NCBI GenBank assembly: GCA_033977065.1
Contig: JAXCHI010000004.1
Coordinates: 288,001-352,000 of the forward strand
From: Candidatus Algichlamydia australiensis
Lineage (GTDB): Bacteria; Chlamydiota; Chlamydiia; Chlamydiales; JAJFMI01
Reading direction: 5' to 3'
DNA length: 64,000 nucleotides
Shown one piece after another: positions 29,794 through 39,717 of this stretch. A program made the translations under genes and the position numbers. Position 1 is the first letter of the stretch. Every line of letters starts with the position of its first letter. Below the pieces are notes generated by a model, which ran no database searches, was not told where the DNA came from, and saw only the letters and a list, made by a program, of their open reading frames with translations.

Positions 29794-30421
29794 AAAATTC
29801 ATCTCTGTTGCCAGGACTTTGAATAGTCCAGGTGGCTGTCCTTGGGATTTAAAGCAGACATTTAAATCTCTGCAAAAGCATTTGATGGAAGAGTCGCAAG
29901 AGCTTTTAGAAGCAGTTGATAGCGATGATGATAGCGAGATTATTGAAGAGTTGGCAGATGTTTTCTATATTGTAATTTTTTACTGTCTGATTGCTGAAAG
30001 AGAAGGACGTTTCACTTTTGATGATGTATGCGACCATGAATGCGATAAGTTAGTTCGACGCCATCCCCATGTTTTTGGCGAAAAAAAGGCAGGAGATGCG
30101 GAAGAGGCAGTAGAGCGTTGGAACGAAATGAAAGCGCAAGAGCAGAAACAGAAAGCACGAAAAAGTGCTCTTGACGGCATACCCAAGGGCATGGACTTGC
30201 TAATGCGTGGTCAGAAAGTGATGGAAAAAATTACCCGTCACAATTTAGAACACCTTCTTCCGAATAAAGAGCCAGATGAAGTGACAGAAGAGGGGATTGG
30301 AGAGAGCCTTGTTCGCTTGGTTTTTCTTGGTCATCGGCATGGGTTTGATGTGGCAAGCAGTATGAGGCGCGCACTAAAAACTTATGAAAATGCATTTAGA
30401 TCCTGGGAAGAAAATTCTTGA
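29780..30421 (+). CDS. mazG: MazG-family nucleoside triphosphate pyrophosphohydrolase
   Basis: GCPWDLKQT, EESQELLEA, EELAD, KLVRRHPHVF. Confidence 0.92.
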   Translation: MEAFKKFISVARTLNSPGGCPWDLKQTFKSLQKHLMEESQELLEAVDSDDDSEIIEELADVFYIVIFYCLIAEREGRFTFDDVCDHECDKLVRRHPHVFGEKKAGDAEEAVERWNEMKAQEQKQKARKSALDGIPKGMDLLMRGQKVMEKITRHNLEHLLPNKEPDEVTEEGIGESLVRLVFLGHRHGFDVASSMRRALKTYENAFRSWEENS

Positions 30422-30438
30422 TCGATTACAGTCTAGTC

Positions 30439-31383
30439 ATGCGCCGCATTCTATTTTTGGCCCTAATTTTTGCCGTTCCTATTTTTTCAAGCCAGCATGG
30501 TGATCTGCCCCATCATGTTCTTTTCGAAGCTGATGTTGTCTACTTTGAGCGGGATAATGTACCGCCACGCTGCTTTGTTCAGGAAGAAAATAGCGGCCAG
30601 TGTGCCATCTCTGCAGATAATCTAGTTGATGAGTTTGGACACAACCCCGGCCTACGTGCCCTTATGAACATCATGCCCAACTTAGACTCTACTTGGCAAT
30701 TTGCTTTTCTAGGATTTTTCCGTTGGGACCGCAATAAGGGTACCACATCAGTTGGAAATCTGGAAATGCCGCTTAACATTTCCACAAATGATTATGTCGA
30801 TGCTGACTCTGCTAATGTTCGTTACTTGAGCAAACTCGACACAGGGGAGATCAACTACATACGTCACATCACCCCACAGCGCATCAATTACTTCTCCCTC
30901 TCTTACATTGCTGGTTTGCGTTTTGTCTACGAGAGTGAATACGCGCGTATTCGCTTTAACAAAGATGAGCGCACAAGTGAGTACTGGGCAAAGACTTGGA
31001 ATCGCCTCTACGGTTTTCAGTTTGGCGGACTCTTTGAGATCAATCCTGAAGATTGGATCACCTTTGGCTTGCGTGGCAAGTGGGGGTTAATGGGCAACTT
31101 TGGACACCAAAACTCTGTGATGCGCGACTTCAATGACACAAAGACCTTGCGCGATCACGATCATGGCGCTTTTAATCTCTCCTGGGAGGGAGAGGGAGCC
31201 TTCGATTTGACCATCTACTTCTTTAAGCGCATGCGTCTCCATGGGAGCTGGGAAGTATTCTATCTCTCAGATATCGCAACAGCTTTCAGCCAGTTTGGTC
31301 AGACTTCTAGCGGCAGTGACATTAAAAACAACGATGATGTGCTCTACCACGGCTGGTCGGTCGGGTTAGGCATCGAATTCTAA
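30439..31383 (+). CDS. Putative outer-membrane beta-barrel protein
   Basis: Signal peptide; C-terminal YHGWSVGLGIEF beta-signal-like strand. Confidence 0.7.
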   Translation: MRRILFLALIFAVPIFSSQHGDLPHHVLFEADVVYFERDNVPPRCFVQEENSGQCAISADNLVDEFGHNPGLRALMNIMPNLDSTWQFAFLGFFRWDRNKGTTSVGNLEMPLNISTNDYVDADSANVRYLSKLDTGEINYIRHITPQRINYFSLSYIAGLRFVYESEYARIRFNKDERTSEYWAKTWNRLYGFQFGGLFEINPEDWITFGLRGKWGLMGNFGHQNSVMRDFNDTKTLRDHDHGAFNLSWEGEGAFDLTIYFFKRMRLHGSWEVFYLSDIATAFSQFGQTSSGSDIKNNDDVLYHGWSVGLGIEF

Positions 31384-31395
31384 GAAGATTTTTTT

Positions 31396-31511
31396 CGGGT
31401 CCATCTCGCTGCGCCAAATCAAAAAACAGTCGCTAAGCCGTGTAATTACACTGTCATAGCGGCTGTTTTTTGATTTTGCTTTGCGATATGAACCCGCTAG
31501 GCCGCTTCGCG
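31396..31511 (+). repeat. Long-hairpin intergenic element (family C), copy 2
   Basis: Homologous to 12873-12989 including the CCGCTAGGCCGCTTCGCG tail. Confidence 0.85.
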
Positions 31512-31527
31512 TTGCTTTTTGGGGAAG

Positions 31528-31944
31528 CTAGTACTTTGTAGGTTTCATTTTAACATATAGATGTAACTTACTACCATCAGCCTCATCACGCTTTTCATAC
31601 GCTCGTTTATAGTCATTTCGAATCCAATTAAACATATTTATCAAAAAATAATCATAATCCCCGTATTCAAGAACCATATCTTTTGTCTTGTCTTTACCAA
31701 GGATTGTGACTGTTTCAAAAACTTTCCTGCTCTGGATACAATAAGAATTTGTTGGAGGTGGCATTCCTAGAAACCTAGAACCCGCTTCTGTAGGAGCTTT
31801 TGTTAGCAATAGTTTTTCTGCACTAATTTTAAATAGATAACCTAACTGCACTATCTTGAATTCTATTTCGACTTTGTTGTCTCCAAGGTCTTCATGGGGT
31901 TTAGTAAATGGTTTTGTGTCATTAAATAGTTTTGTGGCATTCAT
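31528..31944 (-). CDS. Hypothetical protein
   Basis: 138-aa ORF with AAGGAGG RBS. Confidence 0.7.
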   Translation of the reverse strand: MNATKLFNDTKPFTKPHEDLGDNKVEIEFKIVQLGYLFKISAEKLLLTKAPTEAGSRFLGMPPPTNSYCIQSRKVFETVTILGKDKTKDMVLEYGDYDYFLINMFNWIRNDYKRAYEKRDEADGSKLHLYVKMKPTKY

Positions 31945-32014
31945 GGCTTTCCCTCCTTTGCAACATCTTAATAAAAAAATATATCAAAGTGAGAGTTTTA
32001 TAAAAAAGAAAAAA

Positions 32015-32108
32015 CCGAGGAGAGCTTAGAGCAATCATCATTTTCCTTAAGGCTGCTGCCTTCCGGCTCTGACCTGGTTCGGAAATGATGACCCTCTAAG
32101 GTCCTCGG
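32015..32108 (-). ncRNA. ffs: Signal recognition particle 4.5S RNA
   Basis: Minus strand contains CAGGTCAGAGCCGGAAGGCAGCAGC (SRP helix-8 motif) in a long hairpin closed by CCGAGG/CCTCGG; TGn-TAAAAT just upstream. Confidence 0.93.
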
Positions 32109-32213
32109 AAAAGACCATTTTATCACATACACGTCTCTTTTTCTATTAAAATATTTCCTCTTCTTTAAAGTTTTCTTAAAGAGCGGTATGATACCTGAAG
32201 GTTTGGTGTTTTT

Positions 32214-33155
32214 ATGGAAGATACAGTTGTAACAGCTTTAAATTTAGCGACATCTGCTGCCGCATTATCGCAAAGTAAATATTTGAATAGTTTTCTTCGG
32301 AGTGAGCCAAAAGCGCTACTTTATTTAAATATTGCGACTTTATTAGGAAATACCTATCGCTGTATGCGGTCACGAGATGGCTATCCTCTTAAATTCTCTC
32401 GTAGATCATTTAACTCGATTAGGTTTCAAAGTGACGAGTCTCTAAATAGAGAAACAAGGGGCTTTTTTGACCGTCCTATTCCGCGGTTCCTGGCTATTAT
32501 CACGGGGTTTGCTGTAGCAGGTGTTGCATTAAATCGCGTTTTTGTTCCAAGTAAAAGTGTTCTTCCTACAATTGAAGGAGCAACAAATATTTATTGGTCT
32601 GTGCCGCGCTCCCAAGACTTGATGCAGTTTGTCACGATTTGCAACCTTGCTATCAATACTTTTATGGCCAGATGTGCTAGAGATTCAACTGTAAGATACC
32701 AAGGGGCTATCTCATCTCTTGCGAATGTGGCCACTCTTGCGTCTACGGCTTCTGTTAGAACTATTTGTGTAGAGACAGAGAAGACTTTTCTACCATTACC
32801 TCTTAGAAGAGTTACTGTCGGTTATGCTATTCCGGTTCAAGGGCGTGAAAACCTTCAAGCGCTTAATGAGTTCCACTCTTTAAAACCTTTTTCTGAAGTA
32901 GCGCAAGGGTTTGTCGATGCGGTAAAAGAAGCTGGGGGTAACGATGCAGAACTTGGGATTTTCAAGAAGGTTGGGCTGGTCAGCTCTCTTTTTGGTCAAA
33001 AAGAGAGCTATATGCTCACTATAAGGGGTAAATACTTTAGTCATCTTCAATTCTCTGGTAATGAACTTTTTGGCTACAGTACCTACTCAGGACTTTTTGG
33101 AACGTGGAAAGGCGCTGCTAAAGTTATTCTCAAAGGCACGCGCTTTTTTGATTAA
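32214..33155 (+). CDS. Hypothetical protein, tandem family 2
   Basis: ALNLA.SAA, W..P....L.Q.....N...N pattern shared with next ORF. Confidence 0.75.
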   Translation: MEDTVVTALNLATSAAALSQSKYLNSFLRSEPKALLYLNIATLLGNTYRCMRSRDGYPLKFSRRSFNSIRFQSDESLNRETRGFFDRPIPRFLAIITGFAVAGVALNRVFVPSKSVLPTIEGATNIYWSVPRSQDLMQFVTICNLAINTFMARCARDSTVRYQGAISSLANVATLASTASVRTICVETEKTFLPLPLRRVTVGYAIPVQGRENLQALNEFHSLKPFSEVAQGFVDAVKEAGGNDAELGIFKKVGLVSSLFGQKESYMLTIRGKYFSHLQFSGNELFGYSTYSGLFGTWKGAAKVILKGTRFFD

Positions 33156-33169
33156 AAAATGGAGATATT

Positions 33170-34105
33170 ATGAGTAATTCAATAGATCGTTACGATGTTG
33201 CAACATACGCACTAAATCTTGGTTTTGCTGCCGCGTCTGCTTGCGAGCACTCCCGTATAGGCAATGTATTAAGTAAATGGCGTATAAGTTTATTACTACT
33301 TGGAGCAACAACCTATGCTTTTAATTATGTCCAATTTATTAGGACATTGTCCGATGACTTAAAAGATCAATTTAATCCTCACAAAAGCGAAGTCGATAAC
33401 GATTTTTTTAAGTTCTCGCTTGCAATTACACCTATTTTTGCCGCTTTCTTGCTTCCAGTTGCTTGCCATTATTTGGGAAAGAGAGTAACTCACGCATTTC
33501 CTAGGGTTCAGTTGCAAGCGCCTAAGGGCTGTACTGCAGAATGGCTAGCTCCCTCTACATTTCACAACTTGGTTCAAGGATTTGCAGTGTCAAATGCACT
33601 TTTAAATCTTGCTGCAACTTTTGGTGGAAATGCGCACTCAAGATTATCTACAGGAGTTTTGTCTCTATTACACTTTGGCACAATACCTACACTTGCAAGT
33701 GGAAATCTAATTGAAGCGACTACCACAAGAGATCATAGTGATGGAAAAACACAGTTCCTTTTCAGCTATATTTTTCGAGTAAAAAAACCTACTGATCCCT
33801 TGACCATAAGTGAAAGTGGTACAGTTTATTCCTATTCAAAAGTTATAGAAAATTTTTATAAAAATATTCAACAAATTAAACTTGATGATAGCACAGTTGA
33901 ATGCTCTGAAAAAGCGATACCAATTGTTGTTGGTGTGAATCCAACAATCACTAAAATCGTGAAATTGATTACCTATCACTTAACAGTTGCCAAAGACCTT
34001 ATACCTGAAAAACTCAAAGGCTTTTCTCAACTCACTGCTTTTGTAAAAGATACGGGGCCCTTTGTTCCCAACGTCATCAAGGCAGCATCTATTGTGCCTT
34101 TGTAG
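33170..34105 (+). CDS. Hypothetical protein, tandem family 2
   Basis: GGAG RBS; similar length and motif layout to the 32214 ORF. Confidence 0.75.
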   Translation: MSNSIDRYDVATYALNLGFAAASACEHSRIGNVLSKWRISLLLLGATTYAFNYVQFIRTLSDDLKDQFNPHKSEVDNDFFKFSLAITPIFAAFLLPVACHYLGKRVTHAFPRVQLQAPKGCTAEWLAPSTFHNLVQGFAVSNALLNLAATFGGNAHSRLSTGVLSLLHFGTIPTLASGNLIEATTTRDHSDGKTQFLFSYIFRVKKPTDPLTISESGTVYSYSKVIENFYKNIQQIKLDDSTVECSEKAIPIVVGVNPTITKIVKLITYHLTVAKDLIPEKLKGFSQLTAFVKDTGPFVPNVIKAASIVPL

Positions 34106-37100
34106 GTGAAATGATGTTTACTACCTTTCCACCTTTCTCACCAGCTCCAGGCCCTAGCTCGATTTGGTAGTCAGCCGATTCGATGATATCGGAGTTGTGC
34201 TCGATCATAATAATGGTATGACCGCTATCGACAATTTTATGGAAAATTTTGAGGAGTTTTTCGATGTCGACACTGTGCAGGCCGATAGTCGGTTCGTCAA
34301 AGAGGTAGAGGGTGTGGCGTTTGGCTGGACGGACGAGTTCGCGAGAGAGACGCAGGCGCTGCGCTTCTCCGCCAGAGAGCGTTTGCACGCGCTGGCCTAA
34401 GGTGAGGTAGCCAAGTCCCACTTCTACTAAAACTTTTAGTGTCTTTTGAATTTTCGGAATTTTTGGGAGGAAGTCAATCGCTTCATTTACGGTGAGGTTG
34501 AGCAGTTGCCCGAGGTTTTTTCCTTTGTAGGTCACCTCAAGGGGAAGGGGAGCGAGGCGATTGCCATTACAGCTGTCACAGGTGATGGTCACAGCCGGCA
34601 TTAGCTGTAGCTGGATTTTGCGTGTTCCCAGGCCCCAACACTTGCGACACATGCCTTTCATGTGGTTGTAGCTAAAATGGTAGGCTTTCAGGTTGCGCAT
34701 GCGCGCTTCGGGTAGTTCAGCAAAAAAGCGGCGCAGAGGTGTAAGAAGATCGGAATAGGTGGTGATGTCAGCACGTGCAGTGTGTCCAATAGGAGATTGG
34801 TCAAGTGCAATGCATTTTTCGATTTGCTTAAGCCCTGAGATTTTGCTTCCATGAATGGTAATGGTGTCGGGGGGTTGCCTATGCGTAAGCGCTTTTTCGA
34901 CAGCTGGCCGTAGTAGGTGGTGCATCAGCGTCGATTTTCCCGATCCTGAGACACCGGTAATGCAGGTAAAAATGTGCAGGGGAATGTCTAGAGAGATATT
35001 TTTAAGATTGTGCAGCGAAGCGTTTTCAATTTTTAAAACTTTTTTGGTAGGTTTGCGGTATTTGCAATCCACAGCGCTCTTTTCTCCAGAGAGGTAGGCG
35101 CCAGTAAGCGATTTCGGATCGCGTTTGATTTGCGCAATAGAGCCTTGTGCAATGATCTGCCCCCCTTTTTTTCCCGCTTCTGGGCCAAAATCGATGAGAT
35201 AGTCGGCTGTGTTAATAGTAAGAGGGTCGTGCTCAACAAGAAGGAGAGTATTGCCGCTTTTACAGAGTTTTTTTAGTGCGCGGTTGAGTAGCGCGTTATT
35301 TTGCGGATGCAAGCCGATAGTGGGTTCGTCTAAAACATAGAGGCAGCCAGTTAGACCAGATCCAAGCTGACGCGCTAAATGAATGCGCTGTGTCTCCCCA
35401 CCTGAAAGTGTAGGTGCGCTACGAGAGAGCGCGAGATACTCAAGTCCGATTTCCATCATAAATTTTAGGCGATGATCGATCTGCGAGAGCGTCTCATCGA
35501 GAAGGTTTTTCTTCTCTTTTGGAAGGGAGAGTTTTTTCAAGAATTGTACTGTTTGTGAGATGGGAAGCTCACACACCTCTGGAAGGGTTTTTCCTGCAAC
35601 TTTTACCCCTCGTGCAAGGGGATTCAAGCGCGCTCCGTTGCAGCTTGGACAGGGAGACTCGTCCATGTGTGGCAAGATCTCTTTGCGTAAATTATTTTTT
35701 GCCGCCTTTGCTCGCTTAGCAAAGAGCGTTTCAAAGCCGATCCATTTAAAAGAAATTTCTGCAAAAGTAAAGCTCTTTTCGCTACCTCTCATTAATAGTT
35801 TTTGCTGCTTATCTGAGAGGTCACAGAGAGGGGTGTTGGGATCAATTTCTTCTTTTTCAAGAAATGCCTCAAAAAGCTCTAAAGCTTCATCAGAGAGACG
35901 ATCTTTGCAGAGATAGTAGAAGAGTGTGATGGGAGGGCAACGCATGATTTTAGGAAAGCGAGTAAGATCTGCGCCCCACTGAATGCCAAGTCCCTGACAG
36001 TCAGGGCACATGCCCTCTTCAGAATTGAAAGAGAAGGTGTGGGGTTTAATTTGGGGGTAGGAGCGTCCCGTTGAAGGAACCGCGAATTCTAAGTTAAAGA
36101 AAAGATCTTGATCATCAAGGGCTGCAATCAGTTTTCCTTCTCCACGCTCGCTCGCAAGGGAGACGGCCTCAAAGAGGCGTGGAGTGATGTCAGGTTTGAT
36201 TACGATCCGATCGATGACAAGATGGAACTCCTGTTTGACTCCGCGTGAGAAGGGGATTTCATCTTCCAAATCATAGGTCGTGCCATTGAGCCGCACGCGG
36301 CGAAACCCTTCTGCTTTGAGTCGCATAAGAAGAGAGGAAAAGTCTTCTCCATGCCGAAGAGTGAGTGGGGCTAAAATTTGCACACGCGTCTTTTCTGGAA
36401 GCTCTTGCAACTTCTTGCAAACAAACTCTTTGGTAATTGCTACAATTTTTTCACCCGTCTCAGGACAGAATGCTTCACCCAAATGCGCGTAAAGCAGGCG
36501 CAAATAGTCATAGACTTCTGTCATGGTCCCAATCGTTGAGCGTGGATTGCCTGCGTGGCGCTTCTGTTCAATAGAAATTGCTGGAGATAGGCCCTCAATC
36601 AACTCTAATTTTGGCTTGGCCATCTGCTTGACAAACTGGCGTGCGTAAGAGGGGAGAGACTCAATATAGCGACGCTGCCCTTCAGCATAAATTGTCTCAA
36701 AAGCAAGCGAACTCTTCCCCGACCCAGAAGGTCCCGTACAAACCGTCATTTTGCCGCGCGGAATTGTGAGATCAATTCCTTTTAAATTATTTTGTTCTGC
36801 TCCCTTCACTACAATCTCTGTATGCTTTGAGACTCTCTTTTTAGATGGTGCGCTGACTCTCTTTTTCTCCCCCAGCGCAATCCCAGTTGCCGTCTTTGCT
36901 TTGATGATCTGTTCCGGTGTGCCCTCAGCAAGAACATTTCCATCCTCCAAATCGATGACCCAATCGGCTACCTTGATCAAATCCAAATTGTGCTCAATAA
37001 CAAGGACTGTATTGCCTTCGCTCACAAGTCGCTCCAAAATGCGCAGCAAGCGGTCAATATCGCGAAAATGGAGACCTGTTGTCGGTTCATCTAAGATGTA

Positions 37101-39659
37101 AAGAGTTTGTCCCGTCGAGGGGCGAATGAGCTCTTTGGCAAGCTTGATGCGCTGCGCCTCCCCACCAGAAAGCGTGGTGGAGCTCTGGCCGATTTTCATG
37201 TAGCCGAGACCCACGTCGTTGAGAAGTTGCAATTTTTTGCGAATATTAGGAATTGCATCAAAGAACTCCAACCCTTCTCGCACACTCAAGCGCATCACGT
37301 CGTAGATCGATTTTCCCTTGTAAAGAACAGAGAGCGTTTTGGGATCAAAACGACGCCCGTCACAGAGAGGACAAGTTGCAAAACTATCCTCTAAAAAGTC
37401 CATATCGATACGTATCTGACCCATTCCAGAGCATTTAGGACACGACCCCTCGCGCACATTAAAACTAAAACGACCTGAAGAAAACCCTTGCGCCTTAGCA
37501 TCGGGAAGCGAAGCAAAGAGATTGCGAATATCGTCGAACAACTTCACATAAGTCGCAGGATTGGAACGCGGCGTGCGGCCAATGGGCGTTTGATCGATTG
37601 CAATAACCTTGTCCAGATGCTCGATGCCCTCTAATGCCTTGTGCTTGGCGGGGCGTAGCAGCGATCGCTGTAATTTATTGGAAAGAGCAGGGTAGAGCGT
37701 ATCAATAATCAGCGAAGATTTTCCCGCACCTGAGATTCCTGTTACTGCAACAAAAAGTCCAAGAGGAATTTCCGCATCCATCTTTTGCAAATTATTCGCC
37801 TCAGCGCCTCTGATCACTAGCCTTTTTTCTGTAGGCTTGCGGCGGCTTTTCGGAGTTGCAACTTTTTCTTTTCCCGAGAGGTAAGCACCCGTAACAGAGC
37901 GCGGGCTCTTGATCAGATCAGCCGGCTTGCCTTGTGCCACAATCTCACCGCCTTCAACACCTGCACCAGGACCCACATCGACAATCTCATCGGCCGCATA
38001 AATCGTCTCCTCATCGTGCTCAACCACAATCACCGTGTTGCCTTGATCGCGCAAGTTCAAAAGCGTGCGAATGAGGCGCTCATTATCTGTCGGGTGCAAG
38101 CCAATTGAAGGCTCATCTAAAATATACGTAGTCCCAATCAGCCCCGCTCCAATTTGTGAAGCGAGGCGCACACGCTGCGCTTCGCCACCTGAGAGCGTTG
38201 CTGAAGTCCGCTCTAAAGAAATATAGTGCAGGCCGACATCAAGGAGAAAATGCAGACGCCTCTGCAACTCCTTAATCATCTCAGCCCCGACTTTTTTCTC
38301 CATTTTGGAGAGCTTAAGCGCATCAAAAAAATTTGCCGCCTCAGCAATTGTCATACTCGTGATATCGTGAATTGTCTTTTTTCCAAGCGTTGTCACCCGA
38401 GGGTAAGAGCGAATGCGCGCGCCCAGGCAGTCAGGACAGACCTGTTCGCTCATCATCTCTAGCATCCGCTGCTTGTACTTTTCGCTCTTAGCTTCATTAA
38501 AGCGTTTTTTAACCTCATGTAAAACGCCCTTCCACTCCACATATTCAATCCAGCGCTTCTTAGACTTTGGATGGACAAACGTCATCTTCGTCCAGCGCTC
38601 CTCCGTCCCATGCAGAAAAATATGCTTGGCACTCTTTGAAAGCTTTTTCCAAGGCTTCTTTACATTAAAATCAAAAATGCGGCCTAAATTGCGATAGATA
38701 TTGCCCCAGAGTACCGTCTCAAAACTGCCCGCAATTGCGATGCAGTCCTCACTAATACTCTTCTCTTCATCGATGATTTTTTCCTCATCAAAGACAAGAG
38801 TCGTGCCCAAACCCGAACAAGCCGGACACATGCCTTTCGGATGGTTAAAAGAGAAATCTTGCGGTTCAAGCGGGGGATAAGAAATTCCCGATTTAGCTGA
38901 ATGCGCATGCGTAGAAAAAAGATGTTCCTTGCCACTCTCCACTTCAAGACAGCTCATCACACCCTTGCCTAGCTCAAGAGCGCTACTTACCGCCTCTTTC
39001 AACCGCCCACGGTTTTCACGATCAACCTTCAATCGATCAACCACTAGATCGACATCGTGTGAGACACTTTTTTTAAGCGACATACCCTCTTCTAGCTCAA
39101 CAATCTCGCCATCGACACGCACCCGCATGAACCCTTTGCGAAGTAGCTCCGCAAAATCTTCCTTAAACTCGCCCTTTTTACCCTTTGCAAACGGCGCCAA
39201 TACAATTAGCTTTGTACCTGCCTTCAACTCACTAATCTGCTCTAAAATTTGCGTATTGCTCTGCGGCGTGACACGCTCCCCACTCTCCGGACAGTGCGCC
39301 ACACCAATCCGCGCAAAAAGTACCCGCAAATAGTCATAAATTCCCGTAATCGTCCCGACAGTTGACCTCGGACTCTTGTGCGTGGTCTTCTGCTCAATGG
39401 AAATTGTGGGAGAAATCCCGGTAATCAGCTCCGCATCAGGCTTAGGGATATCGCCCATATACCGTCGCGCATACGTAGATAAAGATTCAATATAACGGCG
39501 CTGCCCTTCAGCATAGATCGTATCAAACGCCAGCGAGCTTTTGCCTGAGCCAGAGACCCCGGTAAAGACAATCAATTGTCCCGGCTTTAGCTCTAAAGAA
39601 ACTTTTTTAAGGTTATGTACAGAAACTTTTTGAAGTTGGATCTTAGGACTTTCGCTCAT
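34089..39659 (-). CDS. uvrA: Excinuclease ABC subunit A, tandem double-length form
   Basis: 1856 aa with four Walker A motifs (GVSGSGKS, GISGAGKS, GPSGSGKS, GVSGSGKS), four LSGGE signatures and zinc fingers. Confidence 0.97.
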   Translation of the reverse strand: MSESPKIQLQKVSVHNLKKVSLELKPGQLIVFTGVSGSGKSSLAFDTIYAEGQRRYIESLSTYARRYMGDIPKPDAELITGISPTISIEQKTTHKSPRSTVGTITGIYDYLRVLFARIGVAHCPESGERVTPQSNTQILEQISELKAGTKLIVLAPFAKGKKGEFKEDFAELLRKGFMRVRVDGEIVELEEGMSLKKSVSHDVDLVVDRLKVDRENRGRLKEAVSSALELGKGVMSCLEVESGKEHLFSTHAHSAKSGISYPPLEPQDFSFNHPKGMCPACSGLGTTLVFDEEKIIDEEKSISEDCIAIAGSFETVLWGNIYRNLGRIFDFNVKKPWKKLSKSAKHIFLHGTEERWTKMTFVHPKSKKRWIEYVEWKGVLHEVKKRFNEAKSEKYKQRMLEMMSEQVCPDCLGARIRSYPRVTTLGKKTIHDITSMTIAEAANFFDALKLSKMEKKVGAEMIKELQRRLHFLLDVGLHYISLERTSATLSGGEAQRVRLASQIGAGLIGTTYILDEPSIGLHPTDNERLIRTLLNLRDQGNTVIVVEHDEETIYAADEIVDVGPGAGVEGGEIVAQGKPADLIKSPRSVTGAYLSGKEKVATPKSRRKPTEKRLVIRGAEANNLQKMDAEIPLGLFVAVTGISGAGKSSLIIDTLYPALSNKLQRSLLRPAKHKALEGIEHLDKVIAIDQTPIGRTPRSNPATYVKLFDDIRNLFASLPDAKAQGFSSGRFSFNVREGSCPKCSGMGQIRIDMDFLEDSFATCPLCDGRRFDPKTLSVLYKGKSIYDVMRLSVREGLEFFDAIPNIRKKLQLLNDVGLGYMKIGQSSTTLSGGEAQRIKLAKELIRPSTGQTLYILDEPTTGLHFRDIDRLLRILERLVSEGNTVLVIEHNLDLIKVADWVIDLEDGNVLAEGTPEQIIKAKTATGIALGEKKRVSAPSKKRVSKHTEIVVKGAEQNNLKGIDLTIPRGKMTVCTGPSGSGKSSLAFETIYAEGQRRYIESLPSYARQFVKQMAKPKLELIEGLSPAISIEQKRHAGNPRSTIGTMTEVYDYLRLLYAHLGEAFCPETGEKIVAITKEFVCKKLQELPEKTRVQILAPLTLRHGEDFSSLLMRLKAEGFRRVRLNGTTYDLEDEIPFSRGVKQEFHLVIDRIVIKPDITPRLFEAVSLASERGEGKLIAALDDQDLFFNLEFAVPSTGRSYPQIKPHTFSFNSEEGMCPDCQGLGIQWGADLTRFPKIMRCPPITLFYYLCKDRLSDEALELFEAFLEKEEIDPNTPLCDLSDKQQKLLMRGSEKSFTFAEISFKWIGFETLFAKRAKAAKNNLRKEILPHMDESPCPSCNGARLNPLARGVKVAGKTLPEVCELPISQTVQFLKKLSLPKEKKNLLDETLSQIDHRLKFMMEIGLEYLALSRSAPTLSGGETQRIHLARQLGSGLTGCLYVLDEPTIGLHPQNNALLNRALKKLCKSGNTLLLVEHDPLTINTADYLIDFGPEAGKKGGQIIAQGSIAQIKRDPKSLTGAYLSGEKSAVDCKYRKPTKKVLKIENASLHNLKNISLDIPLHIFTCITGVSGSGKSTLMHHLLRPAVEKALTHRQPPDTITIHGSKISGLKQIEKCIALDQSPIGHTARADITTYSDLLTPLRRFFAELPEARMRNLKAYHFSYNHMKGMCRKCWGLGTRKIQLQLMPAVTITCDSCNGNRLAPLPLEVTYKGKNLGQLLNLTVNEAIDFLPKIPKIQKTLKVLVEVGLGYLTLGQRVQTLSGGEAQRLRLSRELVRPAKRHTLYLFDEPTIGLHSVDIEKLLKIFHKIVDSGHTIIMIEHNSDIIESADYQIELGPGAGEKGGKVVNIISPTKAQ

Positions 39660-39717
39660 AGGGGGAAGTATAAGAGATTTCTGTACTTTTATGCGAATTT
39701 AGATTATATTACTTCTT

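Noticed and set aside
34089..39659. Apparent G/C skew change between the two halves of uvrA as a replication origin/terminus or chimeric gene
   Set aside because: Only an eyeball impression from a few lines; neighbouring genes show mixed skew. A cumulative skew plot would be needed
39681..39696. SOS box upstream of uvrA (CTGTACTTTTATGCGA)
   Set aside because: Right half does not match ACAG, and no LexA context is visible
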